A stretch of 64,000 bases of DNA from Trichinella spiralis (lineage: Eukaryota), in assembly GCF_000181795.1 (NCBI RefSeq), contig NW_003526943.1, positions 374,487 to 438,486 on the forward strand, in the 5' to 3' direction. Numbering within the stretch: position 1 is the first letter of the stretch; each line of letters starts with the position of its first letter. This document shows, one piece after another, positions 12,583-27,061 of this stretch. A program made the position numbers and the translations under genes. The notes beneath the pieces are model-generated. The model worked only from the letters and a program-made list of their open reading frames with translations. It made no database searches and had not been told where the DNA came from.

Positions 12583-14674
12583 ATAAAGCGTAAAATACAA
12601 GAAAAACCTTATTTTTGCTCGAAAGTTCAAAGAAATTTTTGATACATATTGAAAAATAAATTATTTTTTATAGCATTTATTTTTCAATTTTACTAATTAA
12701 TAATAATGGCATTGAATGTGACGCTTGCATGAAAATTTTAGTTTTATTAAATTTTAATAATTTGCTTAGTAAAGCAAAATGGACTGTTGATGCATTGCTT
12801 CTTGCATTATATCCTTTCTGGTTGAAGAGAACAAAAGAAGTTAGGCCAGTGAAGCCAATATTTCAAAATGATAAATTGACTTAGAATTGCAAAAATCAAA
12901 TGAAATGCAATTTTCTCCAAAAGTTATCTTTTTAAATAATGTATTTTCCTTATTTCAAAATAAAATGCTATTAACTTTCCAAATTGAAAAGAAATAACAA
13001 GTGAACTGCAGCTTATTTTGAAATTCAGTATTCATAATCAGTGCTATGCTTTAATATTAAATTCAAGTGTTTCTTTTCCTTATAAAAGCTTATTTTTTTA
13101 ATTGTAAAACTGCATAATTTAAAAAATTAACCTCTCAGAATGGTTATGCAACTTAACCAAGCTAAGTAAGTGTTATTCAATTGATGCAAACGTTGCAAAA
13201 CTGCCTCTGACAATTCTCTTGATTCTCTTTTACTATTCAAATGTAGCAGTATAGAATGAAACATTTTTCACAATTAAAATTTACTTTGAAACTTCTACGT
13301 ATCTTGTTTTACATTAAACTTTAAAATTTCATGATAATGCTATGAATTCATAATTTACTTCAACTTGCGGAATCAACTAAGCGAATTTAATTTTGGATTT
13401 TTAAATTATACTAACTTTGCAATAATTCATTTACTAATGATGAGACTAGTGATTTGTTTTGTTTTAAAAATTTACATGCCTAAATAATAATATATTAAAT
13501 ATATGGTGATTAATTTAAATTAAATTAATTTCGCTGACTTCTCAAATGGAAAATTAAGATTGCTGATTATGTTTAAATTTAATATCTCATTAAAATGTGC
13601 CTTTTGATGTCTACGCTACAAATTTGATTTCAAAAAATAAAAGCTAATTTAGAATAGAGTTTGATTTTGTGATATTTAAAATAACAATTTAAGTTTATAA
13701 AATTATTTGCAAACAATTATGCCCTTTCAACTTCAAATTGAGCAAATATGTGTAATTAAAATTTAACAAAAAATTTTCAATGCTAATGCATTTGAAATAA
13801 TTTTCTATTATCTTATGCATAACTTAAGATCATTTGATAAGATTTGTTTTGTTTTTTTTAACAAATTGTCATATAATGAAGCATGTTGCTTTTTGAAATT
13901 TTCTTTAATTTTCTCTTAAAAATTAACATTTTCAACTACTGAACTATTTATAGATGCATGATTTTTTGCTTTCTGTGCATTGTCAACTTGAATAAGCGCA
14001 TTTATAATTAAGCTTTAAATATTCTTATATTAATTCTTACATTATTATTTATAAAGAAATTAGCGCGAACAAACGTTTTCTATAAAGGCTGTTTTTTAAT
14101 TAAAATTATTTTCTTTCTGATCTGCATATACTACAGAAGCATTTATTTATTTATTTATTTATTTTGAATGTATCATTTACATTTCAGTGAAAAACGAATG
14201 TATTTGTTCAAAGAAACAAAAAATTGAAATCCATAGTAATGGTAAGTATTTTTATAAGTCATCGTGATAATTAACCATCTCTGAAATTTTAAATCACTGC
14301 TTTATTTTATTGATTTTATGATTATAAAATTATGTTCTTTTATGTGATAACAGATGTTTCATTACTAAAATTTTTATTTAATTGATAACAATTATCTTCA
14401 TGGCTTTTAAAACTATCAGGAAATTGCAATTAAAAAATAAAATGAACATTCAACATAACTTTCAATTCTACAACTATAATTTTAAACTTATCATATATTA
14501 CTTTCTCATGCATTTCTCAAAAAATATATAAATACTTTGAAATTATTTATTAAACATTTTTTTCTTATTATATTATGAAAACTGGTTTGTTTAACGTCAG
14601 TGAAAATGTACTGTTTTTTATTTCACTCACTTTCTTAGGCAAAGAAAGGCCGTATACTAAACGTTTAATAAATC

Positions 14675-15811
14675 ATGCAGAATACAACGGCTGTAGTTGA
14701 AGCTAGTTCAGTGAATATAACGTCTGCAACCATCGAATCTGATAAAGAAACTGTGACAGCATTCAGCATCGTAATTTGTATTTTCTCAGCATTTGCTGCT
14801 TTAACAAATTTTATGCTTTTTACGGCGATCTCCATGAAAGCATCTAAGAAAAACGCTGATAAATTTAACTTGAGTAAGAATTTTGTTAATCATCTTATTC
14901 ATATTAATCAATGAAGCAACTGTAATACTGTAAATGAATGCAAATTTCATGCAATGTTTAAAATGCTAAATTACTTATAAGCAAAAATTATTAATAGAAA
15001 TGAGCTATTTTTTTTTACTTTAGTATTTGTTGGAGGTAGTGCAGTTTCTGGAATAACTTACTTATGCGCAAATATAGCTAGAATGATGAATGATTGTACA
15101 GTGCATTTGACAACACCATGGATGTGCTTAATAGGACATCCACAAGTAACACTTTTTGCTGTGTGTGAGCCTGCATCAACGGCTGGAATGTTTCTGATGG
15201 CATTAGATTGTTGTATAACAGTGGTCTGCTTCAAACCAGCCAAATGGAACATAATGAAAAAGAATGTCAATTGTTTCATTATAATTACTTTTTCTTGCAT
15301 TGCTATTGGTGTCGCAACAATGTGGATAGCGGTGTTCTTCAGAACCCAGACACATGTGCTTGCTTGTTGCTATTTTGAAGATGTCCTTCCATTTCACATG
15401 TACGTTGCCAATTACGTGATATTGTCATCTTTTGGTTATTGCAGCGTAATACTTTTTCTTGTTTCATTCATTTCACTGAACTTGAGAAAAGTTCATTCTG
15501 AAGCTGTAAGATTAATTCGCATGAAGCGTCAGAATATTATTGTCAAGCAAACAATAAGTTTGGTTACTTTCGGCTTTCTCGTACAAACTGTGCCAAGCAC
15601 AGCTGCTGTGGTTGGCGTTTATTATTCAATCGAATCATTTTTACTAGATACTATCTGGATTATTTGCATAATCAGTTATTCTGCATACGCAATATTTTTA
15701 TTTTGTAAAAGGAAAGATTTGCGCAATAATTTGTATAAAATGATCAGAGCAAATCATTGGGTTGAACCGGAGACATTATCTAACAATATGTCTACTGTGG
15801 TTAAAATATAA
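14675..15811 (+). CDS. 7TM serpentine/GPCR-like receptor, copy 2 (exons 14675-14873 and 15024-15811)
   Basis: MQNTTAVVEASSVNITS (sequons), TM1, KKNADKFNL, phase-1 intron at the same position as copy 1, then CEPASTAGMFLMALDC and LACCYFEDV with further TM segments. Confidence 0.85.
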
Positions 15812-17574
15812 ATCTTGTTTTTTCTTATAAATAAAGTTGTAACTTTACAAACGATAGCAGTCAAAATAAAAATACATCATTTAAATCAAACAAAATATTA
15901 AATTAACATCAACAACAGCATTGTATGCCCATGAAGAAAGAATATTTATTTGCAATGTATTCACAAAATTTTGCAGTTTCAGTTTGCTTCCTATATGTGC
16001 TAATTCACGTCATTTTTTAGCGGTTTAAAATTTCTTTTGACTTTCGTCTTATCTTTATCTTTAATCAATGAATCTAAATATATATTATACTGTAGAATCT
16101 GAAAATAAAGCATTCTTATTTGACATTTCTGGATTTTTATTATAAGCTAAATAAGAATAACTTGCATGAATGAACTTTCAATTATTCATTAAAATTAAAT
16201 ATCCTACAAGTTATTGTTCAGCTTTATTAAATATTTTTATGTAGTGCTATAACTGATTGTTTAAAAGGAAATCTTGCTGAATACGTATTATAGCATTGCA
16301 AATAACAATAATTAACCTAAATTAAATTGCAATTCAACTCGCTTTCTTTTCTTCTTCAAACATTGCCTAAAAATTTTGCTGATTAATGCAATCAAATTTA
16401 TTAAATATTTATTTATGATGTCTTTGAAATATATAATAAAACAAAAACTAATTAAGGCTATATTACTATTGCAAAATGATGAAGCTATTTTTATTTAAGA
16501 TGTGTAGATAAATCACAAGCAATATAGGTGATGTTTAGTGTTCTATTAAATAATTTAGAAGCTCTTCAACTGCTTATCTTATTATAGTTTGCAGGCAATT
16601 ATTTCTTCTTAAATATTTCGTCTAAATCAACTTTTTTAAATGACAGTAAAAGTAAAAGGTTAAAAGTCAATCCACTCTGAACAGTCTATTAATTCCCATT
16701 TTTCAATTTAACCATGGCTGTAAAATATCAGAGCAACTTCATTCAAGGGGTCAGATATAGCAGCTATAATGATCCACTTTGAAAACGCATTGTAGTTATG
16801 CAAAACTAAGAAAAAGTTAATAAATTGATATAATTATTAAATTTAATTGTTTTTTCATACTTTAAATTTTAGTTAATGTAATATATTTTCTGCAGAATGT
16901 TTGAATTGTTGATACCAAGTGTAAAATAATAAATATCGATGTTAAATAAGCAATTAAATTAAATTAAATTATAAAAACGACTAAATAAAGTAACAATTGT
17001 GCAGAGCATTGAAATTTCAGCTCTCTTCCATCGTACTAAAATTATTTTTCAATTACCTCATTTTCTTTTCTATTTAAGAAAATGCTATTTTCTCAACACA
17101 GTGAAACTCATTACTGAAGCATATTTTCATTGTCATTTCAAGCTTTTAAGAATTTCAATAAATAAAATGTCTGACAACAGTGTTGTTTTTTTATTTGACA
17201 CTTTGTTTGAACAATCTTAAGCTTTTCACTATAGCTAATAGCTTTTACATTGCTAATTGACAGAATATGTTGTTTTAAACTGTTTTCAATACTGAATAAA
17301 TTGTTAAATTAACTTTTGTTGAAAATTGCTGTGAAGTTGAATTGAGTGCTGATTTTTTCTTTTTATGAACAAAAGTTTTCCTTTGCCCTTGTGAATCTCT
17401 GTTGCTTCACAAATATAAAAAAATTTTTTAATGTTTTTTTAAACACTTCACCACGCACTGTGCACACTTCATATCGTGAAGTTTGCATTTCATCAGTAAT
17501 TCAATTAGCAGCTTCTTATATACATAAAAATTAATGATGTATTTCAAAAAATTCGAAACACATAAAAATCAATA

Positions 17575-19657
17575 TTAGGAAATATTGGAAAGAGTTTTAT
17601 CTGATCTTGGCACTAATTTGTTTGCAAAGAAAAAACGATGCAAAGTATGATCTCGGAAGATCCAGAACATTGCATAAACTGCATAACTACCAATGCAAAA
17701 CAGCCAAGGGTATTGTAATAAGCCAGTTGAACTTTTCAAAGAAAACATGATCACCGCGGCTGTGCAAGGCAATGTTTGCACGACAAAATTGAACGCGATG
17801 CTTATTAGTGCTTTTTTCAAAACAATACCTTCCCGACGCATTTGTATCTGCCTAATGGAAGATGAATTTACTCTAAGCCGTCGGAATCCAATTCCAGCGG
17901 TGATGAACATGAACATACTTATGTATCCAAATATGCAAACAATCATGTAATGGAACAGATAATAATTCCCTGGTACAACATCTTCGTGATAGCAGCAAGC
18001 TGAAACTTGCACATTGCCAAAATAGCATGTCCATATCCAACATATGATGATATTGAAAATGGATAAAAATAATGCAAATGAAATAATAAGATTGATGTTT
18101 GTTTCTTTTACACGAAATTTAGAATTCATGAAAGCCACTGTTGTCAAGCTGTCTGTAGCCATTAAAAACATGGAAAAAGTGATCAACCATTCACCCATTG
18201 AGTAACAAGTTATGTGAATAGTTTTGAAAATGCATTCTGAGGCGTAAATTGTTGTCTGAAAGCATGATGTGTGCAGCCGACCACTATATGATGCCGCATA
18301 TCCTAACGTAGTTACAGCACTGCCAAATGAGAATACTGAAATCAATAGCGAATGTATTCATTCGTGCATTCATGCTAATAAATGGCTAATAAACACATCG
18401 TTAATTTAGATCTGTATATTTATACATGCAGAAGCGTGCATTTGAAATGATATATTTAATTAAAATAAATAACTTTGCAAAGTATCTATTATATTACGAC
18501 TGGCATATAAGTTAACTAAAACCAAAAGAACATTTTAAAATGGATTATATTAATTAATTTTATCTTTTGTTTATTTATTTATTTATCTGTGTAATACTTT
18601 GAAACGGAAATCTCTTATTTGCATTTACTGTTGCTCAAAATAGAGTCATTAAAGTTTTAAAATCTGTATTTGATTGATTCAAAAATTATTCACAACAGCA
18701 AAAAATTAGTACAAAATTGCAACACAGCATGATAAAAAAGTTGTATTTCAGAATTCAATTTCAAATTTATTCATTTCACACGACTAGTTAATACAAGTTC
18801 TGATAACAAAAATAAAGCTAATTTGCATGTGATAATTACAGTTTCTAAAATTTAAATCAAAAAATATATTTGATTTGGCAATTTGTGTAAAAAGATGGCA
18901 AATGAATGATACAAGTGCTTCAGTTATTCAAATATGAAAAAATTAAAAATTTTTTAAAGTTTTAAATTTAAAAATTAATTTACATTTATTATTAGTTTTG
19001 TAATTAAGAAATGTAGCTCAACAAAGAAATGAAAATTAAGAATATTAACATAATTATTATTGTTTATATATTATATGCATTTAAAAATGTAAACTTGATA
19101 AAATTTTCTTTTATTAAGTTTTTAGCTTTTAATTAAATTAAGCATTTTTAAGCTATTTTATAAACTGCTTGTTTTTAATTCATATCCACTTCTAAAAGTA
19201 AATAATGTTAAAAGTAAAATATGCATTATTTTTTAAATTAATAATTGCTGCAGTAAAATTTAAATGCAAAATAAATATTAAAGTTAGCTTGCAAAACAGC
19301 TATAAATTGCATAAATTTTATCAGTATTCAAAATAATAGTTTTAAAGTAATTATTAGTTAAATTCAATCATTCAGTTGTATCAGGAGATAAGACAAACAA
19401 AAATGTCTGTATATTTGAAAATTCTAAGACAAAAAGAAATACTTACAAGCTATTAATTTTTCCATTTTTTTCTTCTTTTTTTTTATTAGAATGATTACAA
19501 ATAAACAGGTGCATGTTACTACAGCCATAATACTCAAAATTACAATTAACAGCCGAAGAATAAATGGACTTTTTGGTGTTAGCAAAATAGTATTTTCTTT
19601 CTCAAAACTTCCGTTTCCGGTAGTCCAATTGTGGTAAATGGGGATGTTCACATCCAT
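17575..19657 (-). CDS. 7TM serpentine/GPCR-like receptor, copy 3, inverted (exons 19657-19447 and 18335-17575)
   Basis: Sequons NWT and NGS, TM1, KKKKKKMEKLIA, phase-1 intron at the homologous position, then FSMFLMATDS, SACCYHEDV, IRQIQMRRE, FVVQTLP, all alignable by eye to copies 1 and 2. Confidence 0.83.
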
Positions 19658-22104
19658 AAAGTTCAGCTTTTATTTAAATCACCCACGGAACATCTGTATG
19701 AAAATGAATTTTGAATTTTGCACAATAGATTTAATGATCTTTTTGCTTAATTTTCATCTTTAAAGTACATCTTTTCATTTTGATGATCAACCTTGAAAGC
19801 AGAAAAAATTGAAATAAGTATTGTAAGGTACGAAAAGGTTAAATAGCATTTGTGAATTAATAATGCTGTCAATATTTTAATTGCATATATTTTCTTTTAA
19901 ATGCAGAAATAATTTTATATAATTTAAAATCACAGTTTGAAAGCTTTAAATAAAAACGTTTTTTTGTTATAATAATTTTTTCATGTTATTTCTTCTTATA
20001 ACAAATATGATCAACTAAAATTTTATTTTAAAAACATCGTAATAATAATTTTTTTGAATTATTGCTTCTATTAGAGTATTTATTATGAAAAAAACAAAAA
20101 CAGCAATCATGGATAGCATTACCTTTTTCAAATTCACTTTTATTTCCTTTGTTTGTATCACAATTGCTTTAAGTTACTCGTACTTCTGTTATTATTTAAA
20201 GATGCATATTATTTATGATTTAAATTTCATTATAAATGGATTTCAATAATTTTCCTGCAATTTGTTTAGAATTTTCAAAGTTAATCAAGCTGAAATGAAT
20301 GTTTCAATAATCATGTTCCTTTTTCTATTAACAAAACAATTTGTTAATTACTTTTCCAAATTTTAATTTGCATTTCATCAAGAAAATAGAGTAAAAAGTG
20401 CTAAATAGCCCAAAATTTATTATTATAATCAATTAAAAAAGCTGTTTTTCAATTGACTGTAAACAATACAATTTAGTGTTGTTTATGATGAATTTTGAAT
20501 TTATGATTATTATTTCAAATGATGATGAACATTCATCATCATATAATTTTGAAAAGCAGAAGAACAACTTCTAAGCACTGTATATACAAATTTCATGAAA
20601 AAAACAAAATTAAGCCTACATGCAACCTTTTGTTGTTTTATAAAATTTTGAAAATATTTAAAAAAGAATAAAATTATCAAAATTATAATATTAAAATGTT
20701 CAACAGTTAAACGTTACTTTGAAACTGGCCACTTTCTATGGCAAATGAAGTCATCAAGTCGAATGCAGCTGGAAACTGACAATTGAACTCTTATTTGAAT
20801 TTAACTGCATCTACCAGTATACAAGGTGAATAACGCCAATCGATTGATATGTGGCATCAAATGATTGTGCTTAAAATGCATCTTCAATATTTCAGAATTA
20901 AATTCCGCTCGCCTGAATTACTTTTTCTCTTCAATTTTCATACTCTAAAGTGAAGAGTTTATTTTAATAATATAAGTTATCTTAAGTTTAGAAACAAAAA
21001 AAGAACAATAATTAAGAAGTAAAAATTTTACCAAACGCAGAATGCATTTTAAAATTATAAAATTCCCTATTTCCCAATTATGCACATATGTATACGTCAG
21101 AAATAAATACTGTTGTTACTATGATAAATTAACGAACTGCAAATAAATTCACCAAAACTGCTAACACTGCTAAGCATGGTTAATAAGTTTTGTTTTATAC
21201 TTATATTTTTGCGTTTTAAAATTTTTGAACTTTTTCATTCATTAATATGATAAAGAATCAAATGTATACTGCTTTGTAATTGAATTTTTATTTTGCAAAT
21301 GCTAAAAGAAAAAATATATATGCATTATCATTGTATGATTTATATAATAATGTGTAGCAGTAAATGGCTCATTCAAAAATAATATTAAAAAAAGTAATGA
21401 CATCATGCACTTTTCAATATATTTTATTAAATGTCATTTAATCCGCAACTTCATTATTAACTTATATTAATAAATAATTACTTTTATGCATTTCAGTTTT
21501 CAACTACTTCCAGCTTTTTAGAAAAACATTCACACTATAATGCATTACTTGTCACTGATGTGCTTACTATCCAGTCTGTTATTTTTTTGCCACCCTAAGT
21601 TAAATAAAACCATGCATTATTCATAATCCACCTGCTGTGAAAGGAGTTACACAGCTATATAAACTGCAGTAATTTCAATTAATAATAATAAGAATAATCT
21701 GTGTAGGCTATGTAGCATGTGGCAAACTGTCTGTAGTTTAATCCATCACATTGTTATTTTACTGTTACTTCATAATATTATAAATAAATTCTTGTTCTAT
21801 AATATTAAAACATTACTTACTGCAAAATGCAAGGAAATAGTCTTTAAATTAAAAACACCACTTCATAAAAATCAATATTTTACAGCTATATATTGAAATT
21901 TTCGTTTTAAAGCAACAATCTTTAGCAAATATCTTTGAAAATGATTCAAAATGTTTAGTAGAAAAATTGAATTTTCTGAAATTTAATGTGAACCAATACA
22001 AAATATAATGTGAAGCAAATATAGGATCTGTTGGTGATATCAAAAAATTTATTCATTTAAGGGCGTAATTTATAAACGATGCTTTGTTTCAATTGATGTT
22101 TTAC

Positions 22105-22108
<4 letters not shown>

Positions 22109-22158
<50 letters not shown>
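22109..22158. repeat. (TA)25 microsatellite
   Basis: Perfect dinucleotide run seen directly. Confidence 0.95.
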
Positions 22159-22162
<4 letters not shown>

Positions 22163-22725
22163 TTCATTTTTAAGTTGAACATAATCTGACGAATAATTTT
22201 TTATGCAATAATAATACTTTTATGCTATTTAAGAATTGTTTAAAAAATTACTAATGCTTAATATGAACAATATTTTGTATAAACTTCCTTTAATTCAAAT
22301 AAAAAAGCCACAATTTTTTTCAAATCTCTTTATAATTATTTAGTCATACTGATATATGCTTTATACAGAAAATAATAATTTCAAGAAAATTCATTTGCTA
22401 TTTTTGTAAATTTATAATTATTCCAACATTTATTTTTGAAATCATTCGTTTTGATCGAATGTAATCGTAAGAAATAATACCTACTTATATTTAATTATAG
22501 TATTTTTCTTGTTTATGTACTTTCATGTTGTTCTTGTTGTTTACGTAGGTTTGCTCTGAAATTTTCAATAGTTTTAATGTTTTGTTGCATTTTTTACCCT
22601 GAAACTTGCCATTCCGATATTGTTTTCAGTTTTATGTTGATTTGAATAAATAACACCAAAGAATGATCAACTTGTGTTTCTGTTGAATTGTACAGTTTTG
22701 TAGGTTCTCCAAATTTTAGGGTACA

Positions 22726-25700
22726 ATGCCAGAAAACAAGGTATCGAAGGTTTTGAAGAGACTGCAAAGCATGGATGTGAACAAAGATTTTGTTGACGAC
22801 TCTCTTGATCGTGGTGAAACTGCGCGTCGAGAGAGTCGTTTTGTTTTTGAAATAGCATGGGAAGTTGCTAATAAAGGTACGTATGTTATTATTATTATTT
22901 TAATTTCAAATCTTCGAGGATGATTTTTAAGTTGGGGGTATTTATACTGTGTTACGTACCAAAGCGGCCATTAGTACTGAAGAGCTTGGTGACCAATATT
23001 GTATGATTGGGCCTTACAACGAAGAAACTGTGAAGTTAGAAGTTGAAGTTCTCGAACCGGAGACATCTCATATTCGTGGAGCTGTTGAAAGTATACGTTC
23101 TCAAGGTGTGAAGGTAAAAAATAAAAATTTGCTTGAAATTACTATGTGATTTTGAAGTAGGAAATTTAGTAAAATTTCAGTTTTTGTTTTTACTGCTAGT
23201 TGTGATGATATGATTTTTATTTTGAAGGTATATTTGTTAATCAGCTACGTTTTCAAGTATTATCACTGATTTTTTATAAAAAAACACTGAGTTATATTAT
23301 ATGAAATATTTATGATTATGTATTTTTTAATTTAAATTTAAATTCAATGCTCAAATGAAGATTGGTGATGTTTGCCTGCTACCACGTGTCGTAAGTGAAG
23401 TAAAAATAGTCAGTTATTCGAAATAAACAGGTGGTTGTTTTTGAAAATGTGTTGTTTTTTCTTGAAGTACCATTGTTATTTAATATTTTTTTTGAATTTT
23501 TTGCTTATATGAATTAGTTCAGACTTTGTATTTGTTCAGATTTTTTTGTAATTTTATTGCTGTTATTTTGTTAAGGTAATTTTTGGTCGTTGGTTGATAG
23601 ATGGCTATCCGAAAGTTATTTTGTTCGACATTACTACGGCAGCATGGCGTTTAGATCAGTGGAAAAAGGAACTGTGGGATTCTTGCCACATTGGTATACC
23701 ATGGCAGGACAATGAATCAAATGATGCTGTCATTTTTGGATTTTTGGTTTGTTGGTTTTTGCAGAATGTAAGTACCTTGTTTGTTCTTTTTAAACAGAAA
23801 GTATTTTTATGGGGATATTTTCACGTTTGTTAAGCACTTAACTAGAAGAAATTTAGACAAAGTGCCTAAATTGTAAATTATTCGATCCTATCTGTTTAAT
23901 TTATTGTTATGAAGAAAGTTCACCTCTTGTTAACTTGTGCTGCTAAATAGCTTAAATATTGTGGAGTTGAAGATTTTTTGTTGAATTTGTAGTATGATTT
24001 CTTATTAAATTTATTTATAATTGTTATTTGATGCTACAAGTTGCAAATGTTAATTTAAAGTTATTTTCCCTCTCTATAGCACAGTGTGAATTTTACATAT
24101 TTTTATTCTTTGCTATAGATGCAAAAAATTGGTAATAATGTATTTTATTTATTTTTACTTTTTTTTTTGATGAAAATAGTTGGTGATGATTTTAGTTTCG
24201 TGATGGATTCGATTCGAAGCCGTTGGTAATTGCCCATTTTCACGAATGGATGGCAGGTGTTGGCTTGGTGATGGCTAGATGTCGTAAGTTGGATTTGTCG
24301 ACCATTTTTACCACGCACGCCACGTTGTTGGGACGTTATTTATGCGCTGGAAATACCGACTTTTATAACAATTTGGATAAAGTAAGTATTCGTGGTAATT
24401 TTGTTTTTGATTAATATTCAAAGATTACGAATTTGTAGTTCGATTTGGACCGCGAGGCGGGAAATCGTGGCATATACCATCGCTATTGCATGGAACGAGC
24501 GGCCATTCATGCGGCGCATGTATTCACGACCGTTTCTGAAATTACTGGAATCGAGGCACAGCATTTGCTTAATCGTAAGCCGGATGTGATTACTCCGAAC
24601 GGTTTGAATGTTGTCAAGTTTGCCGCGCTACATGAATTTCAAAACTTGCACGCCGTTTGCAAAGAGAAGATTTCTGAATTTGTTCGAGGCCATTTTTACG
24701 GGTAAGATGAATTAATTTTTTTCTTTTAATATGTATTGGTGTGTTTATGTTGCTTTTCAAATTTCAGCCATTACAATTTCGATCTGGACAAAACGTTGTT
24801 TTTCTTCACCGCTGGACGCTATGAATTTTCCAACAAAGGGGGTGATTTGTTCATCGAATCGCTTGCACGTTTGAATCATTATTTGAAAGTTGGTGATGTT
24901 TTATTAATAAATATGAAGCTTTGAATTTTGTCTGTTTGTTTTGTTTAGACGAGCTCTGATGTGCGCACGAAAGGTATGACGGTAATCGCGTTTATTATTT
25001 ATCCGGCAAATGCGAGCAGCTTCAACGTGGAATCGCTGAAGGGTCAAGCCGTATGCAAACAGCTTCACGATACCGTTACAAAAATCAACGCCAATATTGG
25101 TAGACGAATGTTTGAAACTTGTCTCAGGTGAGGTTTTAATTTTTTTATTTTAAATTAAACCATCTTGGTAATTTTTTAAAGAGGCAATATTCCATCTTTG
25201 GATGAATTACTCATGCCTGCAGAACGAGTTCAATTGAAGAGGTGCATCTTGTCATCCAAAGTTAGTGATAAATTTAAAATGCATATGTTTTTTTTCTTTA
25301 ACAAACGTATTACAATAAGTGTTCAGTAACTACATCATAAAATATGTTTCAGCGAGAGTGTCTTCCTCCGATTTGCACTCACAACATGAACGATGATGCT
25401 AACGATCCAGTTTTGAAGCATCTTCGTCGTACGCAGCTTTTCAACAAGCCTGAAGATCGAGTCAAGGTGTGTGCGACTGCCTAGAAATTTAACGTTGATG
25501 CATTTTTGTGGAAAGTTATTTTTGTATGCCAGGTTGTTTTTCATCCGGAATTTTTGTCTTCAGTCAGTCCTTTGATTGGTCTTGATTACGAAGAATTTGT
25601 GCGCGGTTGTCATTTGGGCATATTTCCATCTTATTACGAACCGTGGGGTTATACTCCAGGTGAGGGGAAATTTTTCCAATCTCAAGTGCGAGCAACTTTT

Positions 25701-26400
25701 CCAGCTTCACTTAGTTTAATATGCTTGCTGAACAGGCGAATGCACGGTCATGGGCATTCCGTCGGTAACAACAAACCTTTCTGGTTTCGGATGTTTCATC
25801 AATGAACACGTAGCCGATCCGATGAGTTATGGTGTGTACATTGTCGATCGTCGTTACAAAAATCCCGAAGAATCTGTACTTCAGTTGAGTCAGGTGAAGC
25901 AGAGCTTTTCTTTTGTTCGTATAGCACACTGGTGAAGAAAAAAATATGTGGAAGATTTTGTTTTTTTGCTCTTTAAGATTATGTATGATTTTTGTTGCTT
26001 ATCTCGAAGACAGAGAATTATACTGCGCAATCGAACAGAGCGTTTGTCGGATTTGTTAGATTGGAAAAATTTAGGATTTGTGAGTTGTTTTACTTTATTT
26101 TTCTATCATATTATTATTATTATTATTTTGTTTAAATGTGTTCTTTACTTTTGTAGTATTATCGTCAAGCACGTCAAATGGCTCTTTCGAGAACACATCC
26201 TGAACGTTTTGCAGAATTGAAAGCTGAGGTGAATTGAATTGAATTTGCAACTGAATCAATAATTCTGATCAGATTTTTGATATTATTATTTTTTTTAATA
26301 TTAGGCGGCGAAATTTCGCTATCCACGACCAATGTCAGAACCGTCGACACCTTCGCACAGTGCTACTGGTTCGCCTTATCAAAGCAGTGAAGAAGATTAA
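22726..26400 (+). CDS. gsy-1: Glycogen synthase (GT3 family), multi-exon, complete
   Basis: [110 protein letters not shown]-terminus [27 protein letters not shown] ends at TAA 26398-26400. Confidence 0.98.
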
Positions 26401-27061
26401 ATAATGAATAAGAAGAAAATAGGCATTTGAAATATTAGTTAATTTAGCTTGCTGCCAGTATCGCCTTATTATATTTAACTTTGTAATTTTCTTCTTTCCT
26501 GCTTTTTTATTTTTTGAAAATGCCAGCTGACCGTCGCGTGTGGTATTTGACTTTTCTGTCTTGCTATTGGTCTGTTCAACCAGAGCAGTGTAATAATAAT
26601 AATTAGCTCTCTCTCTCTTGCCTAGGACTGTCATTATCAATTGACCGTCATTGTTTGTAATGTAGCTACCAAATATATTCTAGCATATACAGATGACTGG
26701 TATTTTTTTTGGCATTCAAATTTTGTCTCTTATCTCTATTGCTGCTTTCAAATGAAAAATGTGAAATGGTTTTTATTCTTTTTTGCTATGATTGGAATAG
26801 TGGCAATATTTTCCTCGTAGTGCATGAGGTTGAAAAATATATACATATATATTTTTTTTCTTTTCCATATTTGGAGGCTTGATGTTTCTATTTTTACCTG
26901 TTGGCAGCGAAATAAAATGGTTAGAGCCTGCTTTTCTTTTGTTCAGTGCTTTGTTGTTGGTGAATAGATTCGACATGTTCTTCGGATATTTTGAAATCAA
27001 AAAAAAATTTTACATTAGCAGATTATTTATTCTCTACTTTTCAAGTAAACTGAGATCAATC

